A stretch of 64,000 nucleotides of DNA, from assembly GCA_963843575.1 (NCBI GenBank), contig CAWJKZ010000025.1, positions 282,319 to 346,318 of the forward strand. Direction: 5' to 3'. A program made the position numbers and the translations under genes. The notes beneath the pieces were generated by a model. That model was not told the DNA's origin. It did not search any database and saw only the letters and a list, made by a program, of their open reading frames with translations. This stretch comes from an uncultured Acidobacteriota bacterium (GTDB taxonomy: Bacteria; Acidobacteriota; UBA6911). This document shows positions 38,144 to 49,100 of the stretch, piece by piece. Within the stretch, counting starts at the first letter, position 1. Each line of letters opens with the position of its first letter.

Positions 38144-39601
38144 ATGGGCGACAGCGGGTGCATGGATCGGCGGAGTTTTTTGGGAGGGGTGGTTGCGGCT
38201 GCGGCCGGTGCGGCGGGCGGACCGCTGCGGGGGCTTGCGGCGGACGAGAGGCCCAACATCCTCTACTGTCTCGCCGACGACTGGGGGTGGCCTCACGCCG
38301 GGGCATACGGCGACAAGGCGGTGCGCACGCCCGCATTCGACCGGGTCGCACGCGAGGGCGCTCTGTTCACGGCCGCATTCTGCTCGGCGCCGTCCTGCAC
38401 GCCGTCGCGTGCGGCCATGCTCACCGGCCAGGCACCGCACCGCCTCGAGGAGGGGGGGACCCTCCACGGCTTCCTGCCGGCGAAATTCGCGGTATACCCC
38501 GACCTGCTGGAGCGCGCCGGGTATCGGGTCGGATTCACCCGCAAGGGCTGGGGCCCCGGGAAATATCAGGCGGGCGGCCGGACCCGCAACCCGGCGGGCC
38601 CGGAGTTCAAGGACTTCGAGGAGTTTCTGGCCGGCACCCCGCAGGGTCGGCCGTTCGCCTTCTGGTTCGGCAGCCAGGACCCGCATCGTCCCTATGAAGC
38701 CGGGGCAGGTCTCAAGTCCGGGATGAGGCTCGAAGACGTCTCCGTCCCGCCCTACCTGCCGGATGTCCCGCAGGTGCGCAGCGACATCCTCGACTACTAC
38801 TTCGAGGTCCAGCGCTTCGACTCCGAGGTAGCCCACCTCCTCGAGACGATCGAAAAGAAGGGGCTCGCCACGAACACCCTCGTTGTGATAACGGGCGACA
38901 ACGGCTGGCCGTTCCCGCGCTCGAAGGCCAACCTCTACGGCTCGGGGACACGGCAACCGCTTGCAGTACGCTGGCCGGCCAGGATAAAACCCGGTCAGAT
39001 CCACCACGATTTCGTCAGCCTGACCGACATCGCCCCCACCTTCCTGGAGGCGGCTGGCCTGAAGCCGCTGCCGGGAATGACCGGGCGCAGTCTTCTCGCG
39101 CTCGCCGAGGGGACGGAGAAGCCGGGCGGCCGCGACAGGGTCTTCGTCGAGCGCGAGCGGCACGCGAATGTCCGCAAGGGCAACCTCGGCTACCCCGCCC
39201 GGGCGATCCGGACACGCGAGTTCCTCTACATCCGCAACTTCCGCCCCGACCGCTGGCCGGCGGGAGATCCCGAGCTCGTGTTCGCGGTCGGCCGGTACGG
39301 CGATTGCGATGGCTCGCCCTCAAAGGACTATATCCTCGACCATCGCGAGCAGGCCGGCGCGAGACAACCGTTCTCTCTCGGTTTCGAGAAGCGCCCGGCG
39401 GAGGAGCTGTACGACCTCCGCAAAGACCCGTACGAGATGAACAACGTCGCCCTCGACCAGGAGTACTCCGCGGCGAAGTCCCGGCTGCGCGCCGAACTGG
39501 ACGCCTGGATGGCAGCGACCCTGGACCCGCGCGCTACCGCCGACGACGACCCCTGGGACCGCTACCCCTATTTCGGGGAACCCGCCCGGCCGCCGAAGTA
39601 A
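38144..39601 (+). CDS. Formylglycine-dependent sulfatase with TAT leader
   Basis: DRRSFL; PNIL...DD, CTPSRAAMLTG, GDNG, ELYDL..DP.E. Confidence 0.93.
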   Translation: MGDSGCMDRRSFLGGVVAAAAGAAGGPLRGLAADERPNILYCLADDWGWPHAGAYGDKAVRTPAFDRVAREGALFTAAFCSAPSCTPSRAAMLTGQAPHRLEEGGTLHGFLPAKFAVYPDLLERAGYRVGFTRKGWGPGKYQAGGRTRNPAGPEFKDFEEFLAGTPQGRPFAFWFGSQDPHRPYEAGAGLKSGMRLEDVSVPPYLPDVPQVRSDILDYYFEVQRFDSEVAHLLETIEKKGLATNTLVVITGDNGWPFPRSKANLYGSGTRQPLAVRWPARIKPGQIHHDFVSLTDIAPTFLEAAGLKPLPGMTGRSLLALAEGTEKPGGRDRVFVERERHANVRKGNLGYPARAIRTREFLYIRNFRPDRWPAGDPELVFAVGRYGDCDGSPSKDYILDHREQAGARQPFSLGFEKRPAEELYDLRKDPYEMNNVALDQEYSAAKSRLRAELDAWMAATLDPRATADDDPWDRYPYFGEPARPPK

Positions 39602-39675
39602 GCCGGAGTGCGGAGGCTCGATGGAATTGGACGCGGGTCTTCGCGGAAGTACGCGGATTAAACTCCGACTCGCCT

Positions 39676-40890
39676 CTATTCGGTACCCGTACTGACGGCG
39701 AGGACCGTGTCTCTGCGGGCGGACCGGACGATGTCGGTGACCGCTTCCGTCACGCGGTCCACGGCCGCATCGTCCAGGGACGGGTAGAGCGGGATCGAGA
39801 CCAGCCTGGGGTAGAGCGCCAGTGCCCGCGGGCATTGCGGCTCCACCAGGCTGGGGAGGCCGGCGAAGTATGGGTGCAGGGGGATGGGGATGAAGTGCAC
39901 GCTGGCGCCGATGCCCTTTTCCTTCAGAGCCTGGATGAACTCGGCGCGGTTGATGTCGAGCTTCTCGAGGTTCAGGCGCAGCGGATAGAGGTGCCACGAG
40001 TTGCGGCAATACTTCTTGTCGGGCGGCAGCTCCAGCTCGGGGACGTCGGAGAACACCTCGTTGTAGCGCTCGGCGACGCGCGTGCGCATGGTGATGAACT
40101 GCTCCTGTTTGCGGAGCTGGTGGATGCCGATGGCCGCCTGGATGTCGGTGAGGTTGTATTTGAAGCCGCAGGCCACGACCTGGTAGAACCAGTTGCCGTT
40201 TTCGGTGTAGCGGTTCCAGACGTCCTTGTTGATGCCGTGCAGGCAGAGGGTGCGCATTCTCTCTTCCAGACGCCTGTCCGCCGTGGTGATCATGCCCCCC
40301 TCTCCGGTCGTGAGGTTCTTGGTGGCGTAAAAGCTGAAGACGACCGAGTCGCTGTGCGGCACACCGTGCGACTCGGTGTCGCCGATCGGACGCCCGCGAT
40401 AGCGCGAACCGATGGCGTGGGCGGCATCTTCGACGACGCGCAGGCCGTGACGCCGGGCGATTTCCCAGATGGGGGTCATGTCGCAGGGGAGGCCGCCGAT
40501 GTGGACCGGGACAATGGCTCGGGTGCGATCGGTGACCCGCTCCGCGATCGACGCCGGGTCGATATTGCCGTCCGCCCCGATGTCCGCCAAGACCGGCGTG
40601 GCACCCACCTGCAGGATGGTGTTGACGGTGGAGCAGAACGTCATCGGGGTGGTGATGACTTCGTCTCCAGCCTTGATACCCAGGGCCGCAAGGGACAGGT
40701 GCAGGCCCGCGGTCGCCGAGTTGACGGCCAGCGAACAGGGAGCCTGGACGTAGTCGCGGATCTCCCGCTCGAACTGGGTGGTCCTGGGCCCCGTCGTCAA
40801 CCATCCCGACTTCAGGGTCTCAACGACCTCGTTGATCTCCTCCACGCCGATGCTCGGCAGATTGTATGGAATGAACGAACTCGTGGTCAT
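39676..40890 (-). CDS. DegT/DnrJ/EryC1/StrS sugar aminotransferase
   Basis: SGWLTTGP, NSATAGL, EDAAHA, FSFYATKNLTTGEGG. Confidence 0.93.
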   Translation of the reverse strand: MTTSSFIPYNLPSIGVEEINEVVETLKSGWLTTGPRTTQFEREIRDYVQAPCSLAVNSATAGLHLSLAALGIKAGDEVITTPMTFCSTVNTILQVGATPVLADIGADGNIDPASIAERVTDRTRAIVPVHIGGLPCDMTPIWEIARRHGLRVVEDAAHAIGSRYRGRPIGDTESHGVPHSDSVVFSFYATKNLTTGEGGMITTADRRLEERMRTLCLHGINKDVWNRYTENGNWFYQVVACGFKYNLTDIQAAIGIHQLRKQEQFITMRTRVAERYNEVFSDVPELELPPDKKYCRNSWHLYPLRLNLEKLDINRAEFIQALKEKGIGASVHFIPIPLHPYFAGLPSLVEPQCPRALALYPRLVSIPLYPSLDDAAVDRVTEAVTDIVRSARRDTVLAVSTGTE

Positions 40891-41630
40891 ACGTGCTCCT
40901 GTCCGCTGCGCCTGTGGTTCTTATCGGCCGCAGGACCGCCGGACTTTCTTTCAGGCTGCGCACGGGTGGAAACGGGATTCCCCTCCGGCGCGGGGTACTG
41001 AGCGGGCGCAAAGAAGACGCCCCAGACGGTCCGCAGTATGAGTTCGAGGTCCAACAGGAAGGAGGACCGCCGGACGTACTCCCGGCCAAGCTCGATCTTC
41101 TCCGGGAGGAGGGAGCGGATGTATTCCTCTTCGGGGTTCTCGAACCGGCCCAGATAGGCCTCTTCGTTGCGGTACTTGAGCGAGGCCAGATCGGTGATCC
41201 CGGGCCGGACCGTGAGGATCTCCTCGAAGCCCGGCCGGTACAGCTCCACGTACTTCGCCACCTCGGGGCGCGGGCCGACCAGGCTCATGTCCCCCTTGAA
41301 CACGTTGACGAGCTGGAGGACCTCGTCGATCTTGGTCCTGCGCAACAGGCGGCCCACGGGGGTGACGCGCCTGTCGCGTCCCGCGGTCACGGGTGCGCCG
41401 AGGCTGGGCGCATCCTGGACCATGCTTCGGAACTTGTAGATGTAAAACGGCCGGAATCCCCGTCCGACCCTCACCTGGCGAAACACGACCGGCCCCGGCG
41501 AGGAGAGCTTCACCAGGAGTGCCACGACGACGAGCAGCGGCGACAGGCACACCAGGCCCGCCAGGGATGCGATGACATCGAACGAACGCTTCGCGATGGA
41601 TTGTAAACTGCCGCGGCGCGGGCGGTTCAC
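40887..41630 (-). CDS. Bacterial sugar transferase (phosphoglycosyl transferase)
   Basis: KRSFD, YKFRSM, RRTKIDE, GDMSLVGPRPE, RPGIT; GTGA overlap with carB stop. Confidence 0.92.
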   Translation of the reverse strand: MNRPRRGSLQSIAKRSFDVIASLAGLVCLSPLLVVVALLVKLSSPGPVVFRQVRVGRGFRPFYIYKFRSMVQDAPSLGAPVTAGRDRRVTPVGRLLRRTKIDEVLQLVNVFKGDMSLVGPRPEVAKYVELYRPGFEEILTVRPGITDLASLKYRNEEAYLGRFENPEEEYIRSLLPEKIELGREYVRRSSFLLDLELILRTVWGVFFAPAQYPAPEGNPVSTRAQPERKSGGPAADKNHRRSGQEHV

Positions 41631-44600
41631 TTCATCTTCACCGCGGAGAGGGGCTGGCCCGAAGGCTTGCGCGGGCGGTTCGGGGCGCCACGCACTTCGT
41701 ACTCGCTCCAGCTCTTGATCTCGAGGTCGCTCATCTGCCTGCGGGCGATCGCCCTCACGAAACGCTCGGCCAGCTGTATATCGGTTATCAGCGACACGCC
41801 GAAATCCACCGAACGGCGGCGGATCAGATAGTCGTTGGTCAGCTCATCCCGCTGGTAGTTCTTCGGGACGTTGATGACGAGATCTATCCTCCCCTTGGCA
41901 AGATAATCCATGACGTTGGGCTCGACGTTGTCCAGGGGCCAGTGAAGGACGGTGGTTTCGACCCCGCTGGCGCGGAGGAATTCGGCGGTCCCCTCGGTCG
42001 CGTAGAGGTTCACCCCCATCCCGCGCAACACGCGCGAACTCTCCAGGAAGGCGGCCTTGGCTTCTATCGGGCCGGTGGAGAGGAGCACGCTGCGGATCGG
42101 GAGGCGGTAGCCGACCGACATCAGGGCCTTCAGGAACGCTTCCTCGAAGTCGTCGCCGAGGCAGGCGACCTCGCCGGTGGAGGTCATCTCCACGCCGAGC
42201 GTCGGGTCGGCGCCGTCCAGGCGCATGAAGGAAAACTGGGGCGCCTTCACGCCGACGTAGTCGAGATCGAGGATCGAGCCGTTGTAGCGCGGCACGGATT
42301 CCCCCATGATCACGCGGGTGGCGATGTCGATAAAATTCATCTTTACGATCTTGGACACGAAGGGGAAGCTGCGGGAAGCCCTGAGGTTGCACTCGATGAC
42401 CTTGACGTCGTTCCCCTTGGCGATGAACTGGATGTTGAAGGGGCCGTTGATGTCGAGCGACCGGGCGATCTTCTCGGTGATCTTCCGTATGCGCCGCATC
42501 GTCTCGAGGTAGGTCCGCTGGGGTGGCAGCACCAGGGTGGCGTCTCCGGAATGCACCCCGGCGTTTTCGACGTGCTCGGAGATGGCGCTCGCCATGATTT
42601 CGCCGGACGAGGCGACGGCGTCGATTTCGAGTTCCTTGGCCCTCTCGATAAACTTGGTGATGACGATCGGGTGTTCGCGGGAGACCTCGGTCGCCTTGCC
42701 CAGGAATTTCGTCAGCTCGGCGTCGTTGGAGGCCACGCCCATCGCGGCTCCGCTCAACACGTAGGACGGTCGCACGAGCACCGGGTAGCCGACGCGTCCG
42801 GCGAACGCAATCGCCTCGGGGATGGAAACCAGTTCTTCCCACTCGGGCTGCTCGATGTTCAGGCTGTCGAGCAGGCGGGAGAATTTGTGGCGGTCCTCGG
42901 CGGTGTCGATCTTCAGGGGAGAGGTCCCGAGCACGCGCACGCCCGCCTCGTGCAGCGGCATCGCGAGGTTGTTGGGGAGTTGCCCCCCCATCGACAGGAT
43001 CACGCCGGCGGGTTTCTCCCTGCGATAGAGTTCAAGCACGGTCTCGAAGGTCAGCTCCTCGAAGTAGAGCCTGTCGCACTCGTTGTAATCCGTGCTGACG
43101 GTTTCGGGGTTGCAGTTGATCAGAATCGACTTGTACCCCAGCTCCTTCAGGGCCTGCACGGTGTTGACGCAGCACCAGTCGAACTCGACGGAGCTGCCGA
43201 TCCGGTACGCCCCCGAGCCCAGGACGATGACGCTCCCCGTTTTTTCGGGCGCCACATCGTCTTCTTCGCCGCAGTAAGTGAGGTACAGATAGTTGGTCCG
43301 CGCCGGGTACTCCGCAGCCAGCGTGTCGATCTGCTTCACGCAGGGGCGTATCTCGTACCGCTCCCTCTGCTCACGCACTCCCTGTTCGCTCAGGCCGAGC
43401 AGGCGCGCGATCTGCACGTCTGAAAAGCCGGCCTGCTTTGCTTCCAGCAGCTGCTCTCGAGAGATCCCGTTTCCCGCCACGCGGGAAAGCACGCCTTCGA
43501 TCCCGACGATGTTTTTGATCTTCTGGAGGAACCACGGGTCGATAAGGGTCAGCTCGTGAACGCGCGCGATCGAATGTCCCTGCCTGAAGGCCTCCGCCAC
43601 GGCGAAGATGCGCCGGTGCGTCGGCGAGCGCAGCTCCTCCTCGAGGTCTTCGAAACGGAGGCTCTCGTTGCCCGAGAGCCCGTTCACCCCGATGTCGAGC
43701 ATCCGGAGGGCCTTCTGGAGCGCTTCCTCGAACTTGCGCCCTATGGCCATCACCTCGCCAACCGACTTCATGCCGGAGCCGATGCGCGTGGAGACGCGGC
43801 TGAACTTCTGCAGGTCCCAGCGCGGCATCTTGACGACGATGTAGTCCAGCGCCGGTTCGAAGCAGGCCGTGGTCACGCCGGTGATGGAGTTGCGCAGGCT
43901 GGCCAGACTGTACCCCAGACCGAGTTTCGCGGCGACCAGGGCAAGCGGATAGCCCGTCGCCTTCGAAGCGAGGGCCGAGCTGCGGGACAGGCGCGCGTTG
44001 ACCTCGATGACCCGGTAATCCTGGGAGCGTGGCTCCAGCGCATACTGGATGTTGCACTCGCCGACGACCCCGAGGTGCCGCACGACGCGGATGGCGATGT
44101 CGCGCAGCATGTGGTATTCGGCGTTCGTGAGCGTCTGGCTGGGGGCGACGACGATGCTCTCGCCGGTGTGGATCCCCATGGGATCCAGGTTCTCCATGTT
44201 GCACACCGTGATGCAGTTGTCGTACTGGTCCCGGACGACCTCGTACTCGACCTCTTTCCAGCCGGTCAGGTATTCCTCGACCAGGACCTGCGGGCTGTGG
44301 GCGAGCGCCCGGGTCGCGCGGTCCCGCACCTCGGACTCGTCGCTGCAGAGACCGGAACCCAACCCCCCCAGGGCATAGGCGACCCGCAGCATCACGGGGT
44401 AGCCGATCTCGCCCCCTATCCGGACGGCGTCTTCGACGGTGGTGGCCGCCGAGCTGCGCGGCACCTTTATGTCGATTTCCGCCAGCCGCCGCACGAAGAG
44501 GTCGCGGTCCTCCGTTTCCCGGATGGTCTGGGCCGAAGTCCCGAGAACGCGCACGCCATAGGCGTCCAGGACGCCGTTGTCCTCGAGTTTCAGGCCGCAG

Positions 44601-44887
44601 TTCAGCGCCGTCTGCCCCCCGAAGCCCAGCATGATCGCGTCGGGCCGCTCCTTGTCGATAACGCGGGTGACGAAGTAGGGGGTGATCGGCAGGAAATAGA
44701 CCTGGTCCGCCAGATAGTCGGAGGTTTGGATGGTGGCGATGTTCGGATTGACCAGGACGGTCGCGATCCCCTCTTCCTTGAGGGCCTTGATGGCCTGGCT
44801 CCCGGAATAGTCGAACTCGCCGGCCTCCCCGATCTTCAGGGCGCCGCTGCCGAGGACGAGCACCTTCCTGGGCTTGTTGTCGGTCAT
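41627..44887 (-). CDS. carB: Carbamoyl-phosphate synthase large subunit
   Basis: GEFDYSG.QA, two ATP-grasp halves (GGLGSG; RPSYVLSG), EHVENAGVHSGD, MGS domain. Confidence 0.97.
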   Translation of the reverse strand: MTDNKPRKVLVLGSGALKIGEAGEFDYSGSQAIKALKEEGIATVLVNPNIATIQTSDYLADQVYFLPITPYFVTRVIDKERPDAIMLGFGGQTALNCGLKLEDNGVLDAYGVRVLGTSAQTIRETEDRDLFVRRLAEIDIKVPRSSAATTVEDAVRIGGEIGYPVMLRVAYALGGLGSGLCSDESEVRDRATRALAHSPQVLVEEYLTGWKEVEYEVVRDQYDNCITVCNMENLDPMGIHTGESIVVAPSQTLTNAEYHMLRDIAIRVVRHLGVVGECNIQYALEPRSQDYRVIEVNARLSRSSALASKATGYPLALVAAKLGLGYSLASLRNSITGVTTACFEPALDYIVVKMPRWDLQKFSRVSTRIGSGMKSVGEVMAIGRKFEEALQKALRMLDIGVNGLSGNESLRFEDLEEELRSPTHRRIFAVAEAFRQGHSIARVHELTLIDPWFLQKIKNIVGIEGVLSRVAGNGISREQLLEAKQAGFSDVQIARLLGLSEQGVREQRERYEIRPCVKQIDTLAAEYPARTNYLYLTYCGEEDDVAPEKTGSVIVLGSGAYRIGSSVEFDWCCVNTVQALKELGYKSILINCNPETVSTDYNECDRLYFEELTFETVLELYRREKPAGVILSMGGQLPNNLAMPLHEAGVRVLGTSPLKIDTAEDRHKFSRLLDSLNIEQPEWEELVSIPEAIAFAGRVGYPVLVRPSYVLSGAAMGVASNDAELTKFLGKATEVSREHPIVITKFIERAKELEIDAVASSGEIMASAISEHVENAGVHSGDATLVLPPQRTYLETMRRIRKITEKIARSLDINGPFNIQFIAKGNDVKVIECNLRASRSFPFVSKIVKMNFIDIATRVIMGESVPRYNGSILDLDYVGVKAPQFSFMRLDGADPTLGVEMTSTGEVACLGDDFEEAFLKALMSVGYRLPIRSVLLSTGPIEAKAAFLESSRVLRGMGVNLYATEGTAEFLRASGVETTVLHWPLDNVEPNVMDYLAKGRIDLVINVPKNYQRDELTNDYLIRRRSVDFGVSLITDIQLAERFVRAIARRQMSDLEIKSWSEYEVRGAPNRPRKPSGQPLSAVKMK

Positions 44888-44891
44888 GCGC

Positions 44892-45971
44892 TCACGCCAG
44901 TCGGCTCGATGGGAGCCGCATCAGGAATTCATCAAAGAGAAACCCGGCGTCGACCGGGCCGGGGGCCGCCTCCGGGTGGAACTGCACGCTCATGAAGGGC
45001 AGGGTGCGGTGGCGGATGCCCTCGCCGGTGCCGTCGTTGGCGTTCACGAACCAGGGTTCCCAATCCGGCGGCAGATTCTGCCCATCGACGGCGTAGCCGT
45101 GGTTCTGGGAGGTGATGTAGCACCTCTGGGTGCCCACCTGGATGCAGGGCTGATTCTGGCCGCGATGGCCGAACTTCATCTTGTAGGTCTCGGCGCCGGC
45201 AGCCAGCGCCAGAATCTGGTTTCCGAGGCAGATCCCCAGGATCGGCGCCTCCGCGGCCATGGCGCGGCGCACGTGCTCGATGGTCTTGGCGCACATTCGC
45301 GGATCGCCCGGACCGTTGGAGATGACGACGCCGTCGAAGGACTCTCCGAGGAAGTCGTAGTCCCAAGGGACGCGCAGCACCCCGAGCCCGCGGGCGAGCA
45401 GTTGGCGCAGGATGCTGAGCTTGCAGCCGCAGTCGATCAGCACGACGCGCCGCCGGCTGTCGCCGTGCGACTCCGGCCGGGCAACGCTGACCTGCGCGAC
45501 GAGGTTGTCCTGGTTGGGGTCGTGGAAGTCGATATCCTGATCGCCGACCACGATCTTCCCCACCATGCTGCCGCGCTCGCGCAGGTGCTTGGTCAGGGCC
45601 CGAGTGTCGATTCCCGCGATGCCGGGGATTCGTTCGCCGCGAAGCCACTCGTCCAGGCTCCGGGCGGCATTCCAGTGGCTGAATTCGGCGGAAACCTCGG
45701 AAACGACCAGGGCGGTGATCTGGATCCTGTCCGATTCGAACGGGTGCGCCTGCAGTTCCGGTTGTGCCGCCGGCACCCCGTAATTGCCGATGAGCGGATA
45801 GGTCAGGGCCAGGATCTGGCCCTTATACGACGGATCGGTCAGTGCTTCCGGATAGCCCACCATCCCGGTGTTGAAAACGACTTCGCCCGTCACCGAAACC
45901 GGGAATCCAAACGCGTCCCCGGCATAGGACGAGCCGTCTTCAAGAATCAACCGAGCTTTTTCCCTCTCCAT
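44892..45971 (-). CDS. carA: Carbamoyl-phosphate synthase small subunit
   Basis: GEVVFNTGM.GY, SNGPGDP, GICLGNQ, SQNHGY, VQFHPE. Confidence 0.97.
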   Translation of the reverse strand: MEREKARLILEDGSSYAGDAFGFPVSVTGEVVFNTGMVGYPEALTDPSYKGQILALTYPLIGNYGVPAAQPELQAHPFESDRIQITALVVSEVSAEFSHWNAARSLDEWLRGERIPGIAGIDTRALTKHLRERGSMVGKIVVGDQDIDFHDPNQDNLVAQVSVARPESHGDSRRRVVLIDCGCKLSILRQLLARGLGVLRVPWDYDFLGESFDGVVISNGPGDPRMCAKTIEHVRRAMAAEAPILGICLGNQILALAAGAETYKMKFGHRGQNQPCIQVGTQRCYITSQNHGYAVDGQNLPPDWEPWFVNANDGTGEGIRHRTLPFMSVQFHPEAAPGPVDAGFLFDEFLMRLPSSRLA

Positions 45972-46159
45972 CACCTGTCCCGAAACACTCCCTTGATTGG
46001 CAAACCCGCATACTCTAACACGGACTGACAATCCTTGCAGCTTTGGAGTGCGGCGGCTCGACGCCGCTTTGGGGGCGGCGCCGGGCGCCGCCCGAAGCCG
46101 ACCCTTATCGCGCAAGCCACAAGGATGCGTTTTGCGATCCCTGCGACGCGCGTTCTACT

Positions 46160-49100
46160 CTACGGCGCGTCCTGGGGTGGAACGGCCGAGAGGGCTGTCA
46201 GGTCGCGCGTGCCGAACAGCGCAAAGCCAGCCAGATCCTTATCCGAAACCACCCGGATGTACCCGGAGCTTTGGCTTGCGCCGTTCAGATCAGGGAAATA
46301 CTCTGTGATTAGCCGCGAGACCCTTTGGCCTGCCGCGATCTGTTCGACCTTCGAAGCCAGCAGCTTGCCCAATTGATCGTAGATCTCGATGGAGGCATGG
46401 GCCGTCTCGGCACCGGGATTGAGCAGCGCGAGACCGGTGAAATAGGTGTCGTTCGAAGCGACCTGGCTGAAGATCATGGTCCGCTTCGGCGACGACGTCA
46501 GGGGCAGAGCGGACCCGAAGCGTTCCTGGCCGGGATCGCCGAACACGACGCTGCCGGTGAGGCGCACGGAGTCGCTCTTGATCTCGACGTACCCCTGGGT
46601 GAGCCGGCTGGCGGGGACACCGAAGAAGCCCTGGTCCGAAATGTGGATCTTCCCCTGTGCCGCGATCGGGACCGTGCGGGTCTCCCCAATCTGGGTGCCG
46701 CCGTCCCCGATGAGGCGAAGGGTTACAATCCCCGGCCGGGTGTCCAGGTTGACGATCGAAAGGGTCGACCTCCAATCGCCTCCTACCGCGTACTGCGGCG
46801 AGTAGAGGGTCGTGGAACCGCCCTCGCCGTTCTGTCCGTTCAGACCTTCCACGTACTGGCGGTCCTTGCCCAGGTAGGCAAACAGCACGACGCCCCGGGT
46901 GGACGCGACCCGGATGTAGTCGCTTGCCGCCGGCTGATACCCGGGGAACAGCTGGTCGAGGGTCTCGGCCAGGGATGAGCTCGGTCCGATCGTTCGGATT
47001 GCCGGCGCGAAAGACAGTCTGCCCCCCGGGCCGTACAGTTCGAGCGAAACGGTCGCATCCCCGATGTTCGGGTTGGCCGCGTGAATCTGTGTGAAGCCTC
47101 CTTCCTCGATCTCGGGAACGACGATCGACTGAAGGGTGGTCGACGACACGTCCGCGCCGTCCAGGAACGAGAGGCTCTGGTTGAACATGAGGAAGAACCC
47201 GGCGACGTCGCGCGCGGCGGTCTCCATCTTGAACCAACCGACGGGCCTCTGGACCGGCAGGGCCCTGCCGAAGACCTGGAAGTCGAGCATGGGGAGCTGC
47301 TCCCCGGGATCGATAAGCATCGAGTTCGGGTTGGTGATGCCGACCCCCGCAATCAGTTCGCCGTTCTGGCGGAAGGCCGTGAAGGTCTGCGACTCCGCGC
47401 TGGCGCTGAGGTTGGCGACCGCGATCCCGGTGTACTCGCTGCGGTCTGTGCCGAACGGATCACCGTAGTCGCTCGCCAGCCGCGGGAAGTAGAGTCGTCG
47501 CAGCAGGCTGTAGCTCAGCCCGTTCGACACGCCTCCCCCGGGGCCGGGGTTGACCACGCGGATGGCCGCGTCTCCGGCCTCGCTCACCGCGGTGACCGGC
47601 AATGCGACGTGAATCTCGGTGCTGTCCAGAAATTCGGGCTCGTACTCGGTTCCGTTCCAGAGGACGGTCGCCCCCGGGACAAAATCGCGGCCGACGATGG
47701 TCATTTCCAGGGACTCGTCCCCGGCGGTGTATTTCGCCGGACGGAGCTCGAACAGGAGAGGCGCACGATTGTCCGGCGTGATCAGGAACGGGACCGTGTT
47801 CGGAGTCCCGTCCGTTCCCGCCAGCGAGATGTTGACTGAGTTGGCCGAGGCTACCAGGGTGGCTGGGACCTGGGCTCTCAATTCCGTGCTGCTGACCAAC
47901 GTTGTGGCCAGCGGCTGGCCGTTCCAGAGAACCGCGAGGCCTGAGGAAGCCAGCGGCGTGGCACCGGGTTCGCCCACACTTGTGAAGTTCGAGCCAAACA
48001 TGGTGAGGGTGAATGCCTGGCTGCCTGCCCGCACGAAGCTCGGGCTGATGTCGGTGATGCATGCGCCGGAACAGATGGCGAACGGCCAGGGTTCGGATGT
48101 ACCGCCCCCCGGAGCCGGGTTGGAGACCCTCACCTCCGCCGGTGTGGCGTTGGCTAGGGCCGATGCCGGAATCACCGCGCTCAGCAGCGCAACACTATCG
48201 AAGCTCGTGATCTGCTCGGTCCCGTTCCAGAGAATCCTGCTGCCCGAGACGAAGCCCGTGCCCGCAACCGTCAGCTTAAAGGCGGGGCCGCCTTTGACCG
48301 ACGACGAGGGGCTGAGCCGGGTGAGAGAGGGCACCGGGTTCGTGGACGACGTGATCGGGAAGACGGCCGCGTTCGAGACGCCGCCTCCCGGGTTGACCAC
48401 CGTGATGTCGGCGCTGCCTGCGGCCCCGACATCCGTGGACGGTATGGACGCCCTCAGCTGGCTGACCCCCAGGAACGTCGTGCTCCTGTCTTTCCCGTTC
48501 CAGCGGATCCTCGACCCCGTGACAAACCCCGCGCCGTCGAGCGTCAACTCGAAATCTCCGCCACCGGCGGTTTGGGATGGGGGGTTCAGCAAGGAAATCG
48601 TGGGCGTCGCGTCTCCCTGCTGGTACACGGAGATGGTGTGTTGCCCGATGACGATGGTGCCGGTGCGCGGGTCGCGGCTCGGGTTGGCCGCGACGGAGTA
48701 GGAAAGAGTACCGTTGCCGGTTCCGGGGTTCCCCTCGACGATCTGGATCCAGTCCTGCTGCGTGGTCGCGGTCCAGATGCAGTCCGACGAGGCTTCCACC
48801 CGGATCCTGCCGTTTTCGGCCCCTGGGCCGTGTTTGCGCGTGTCGGACGAGATCCTGGTTTCGCAGGCCGGCCCGGTTTGAATGACCCTGAAGCTGAGCC
48901 CGTCGATGCGCACGACCCCCGAGCGCGAGGACTTGCTCGTGTTCGGCTCGACGGAGTATGAGACGGTACCGTTGCCGGTGCCGGTGTCTCCCGACGTGAC
49001 GGTGATCCAGTCGACCAGGCTCGTGGCCTTCCAGCTGCAGCCGCCCTGGACCGTAACCTTGACGGTGCCAGTCGACTGGAACGACTCGTGAGTGCGGCTC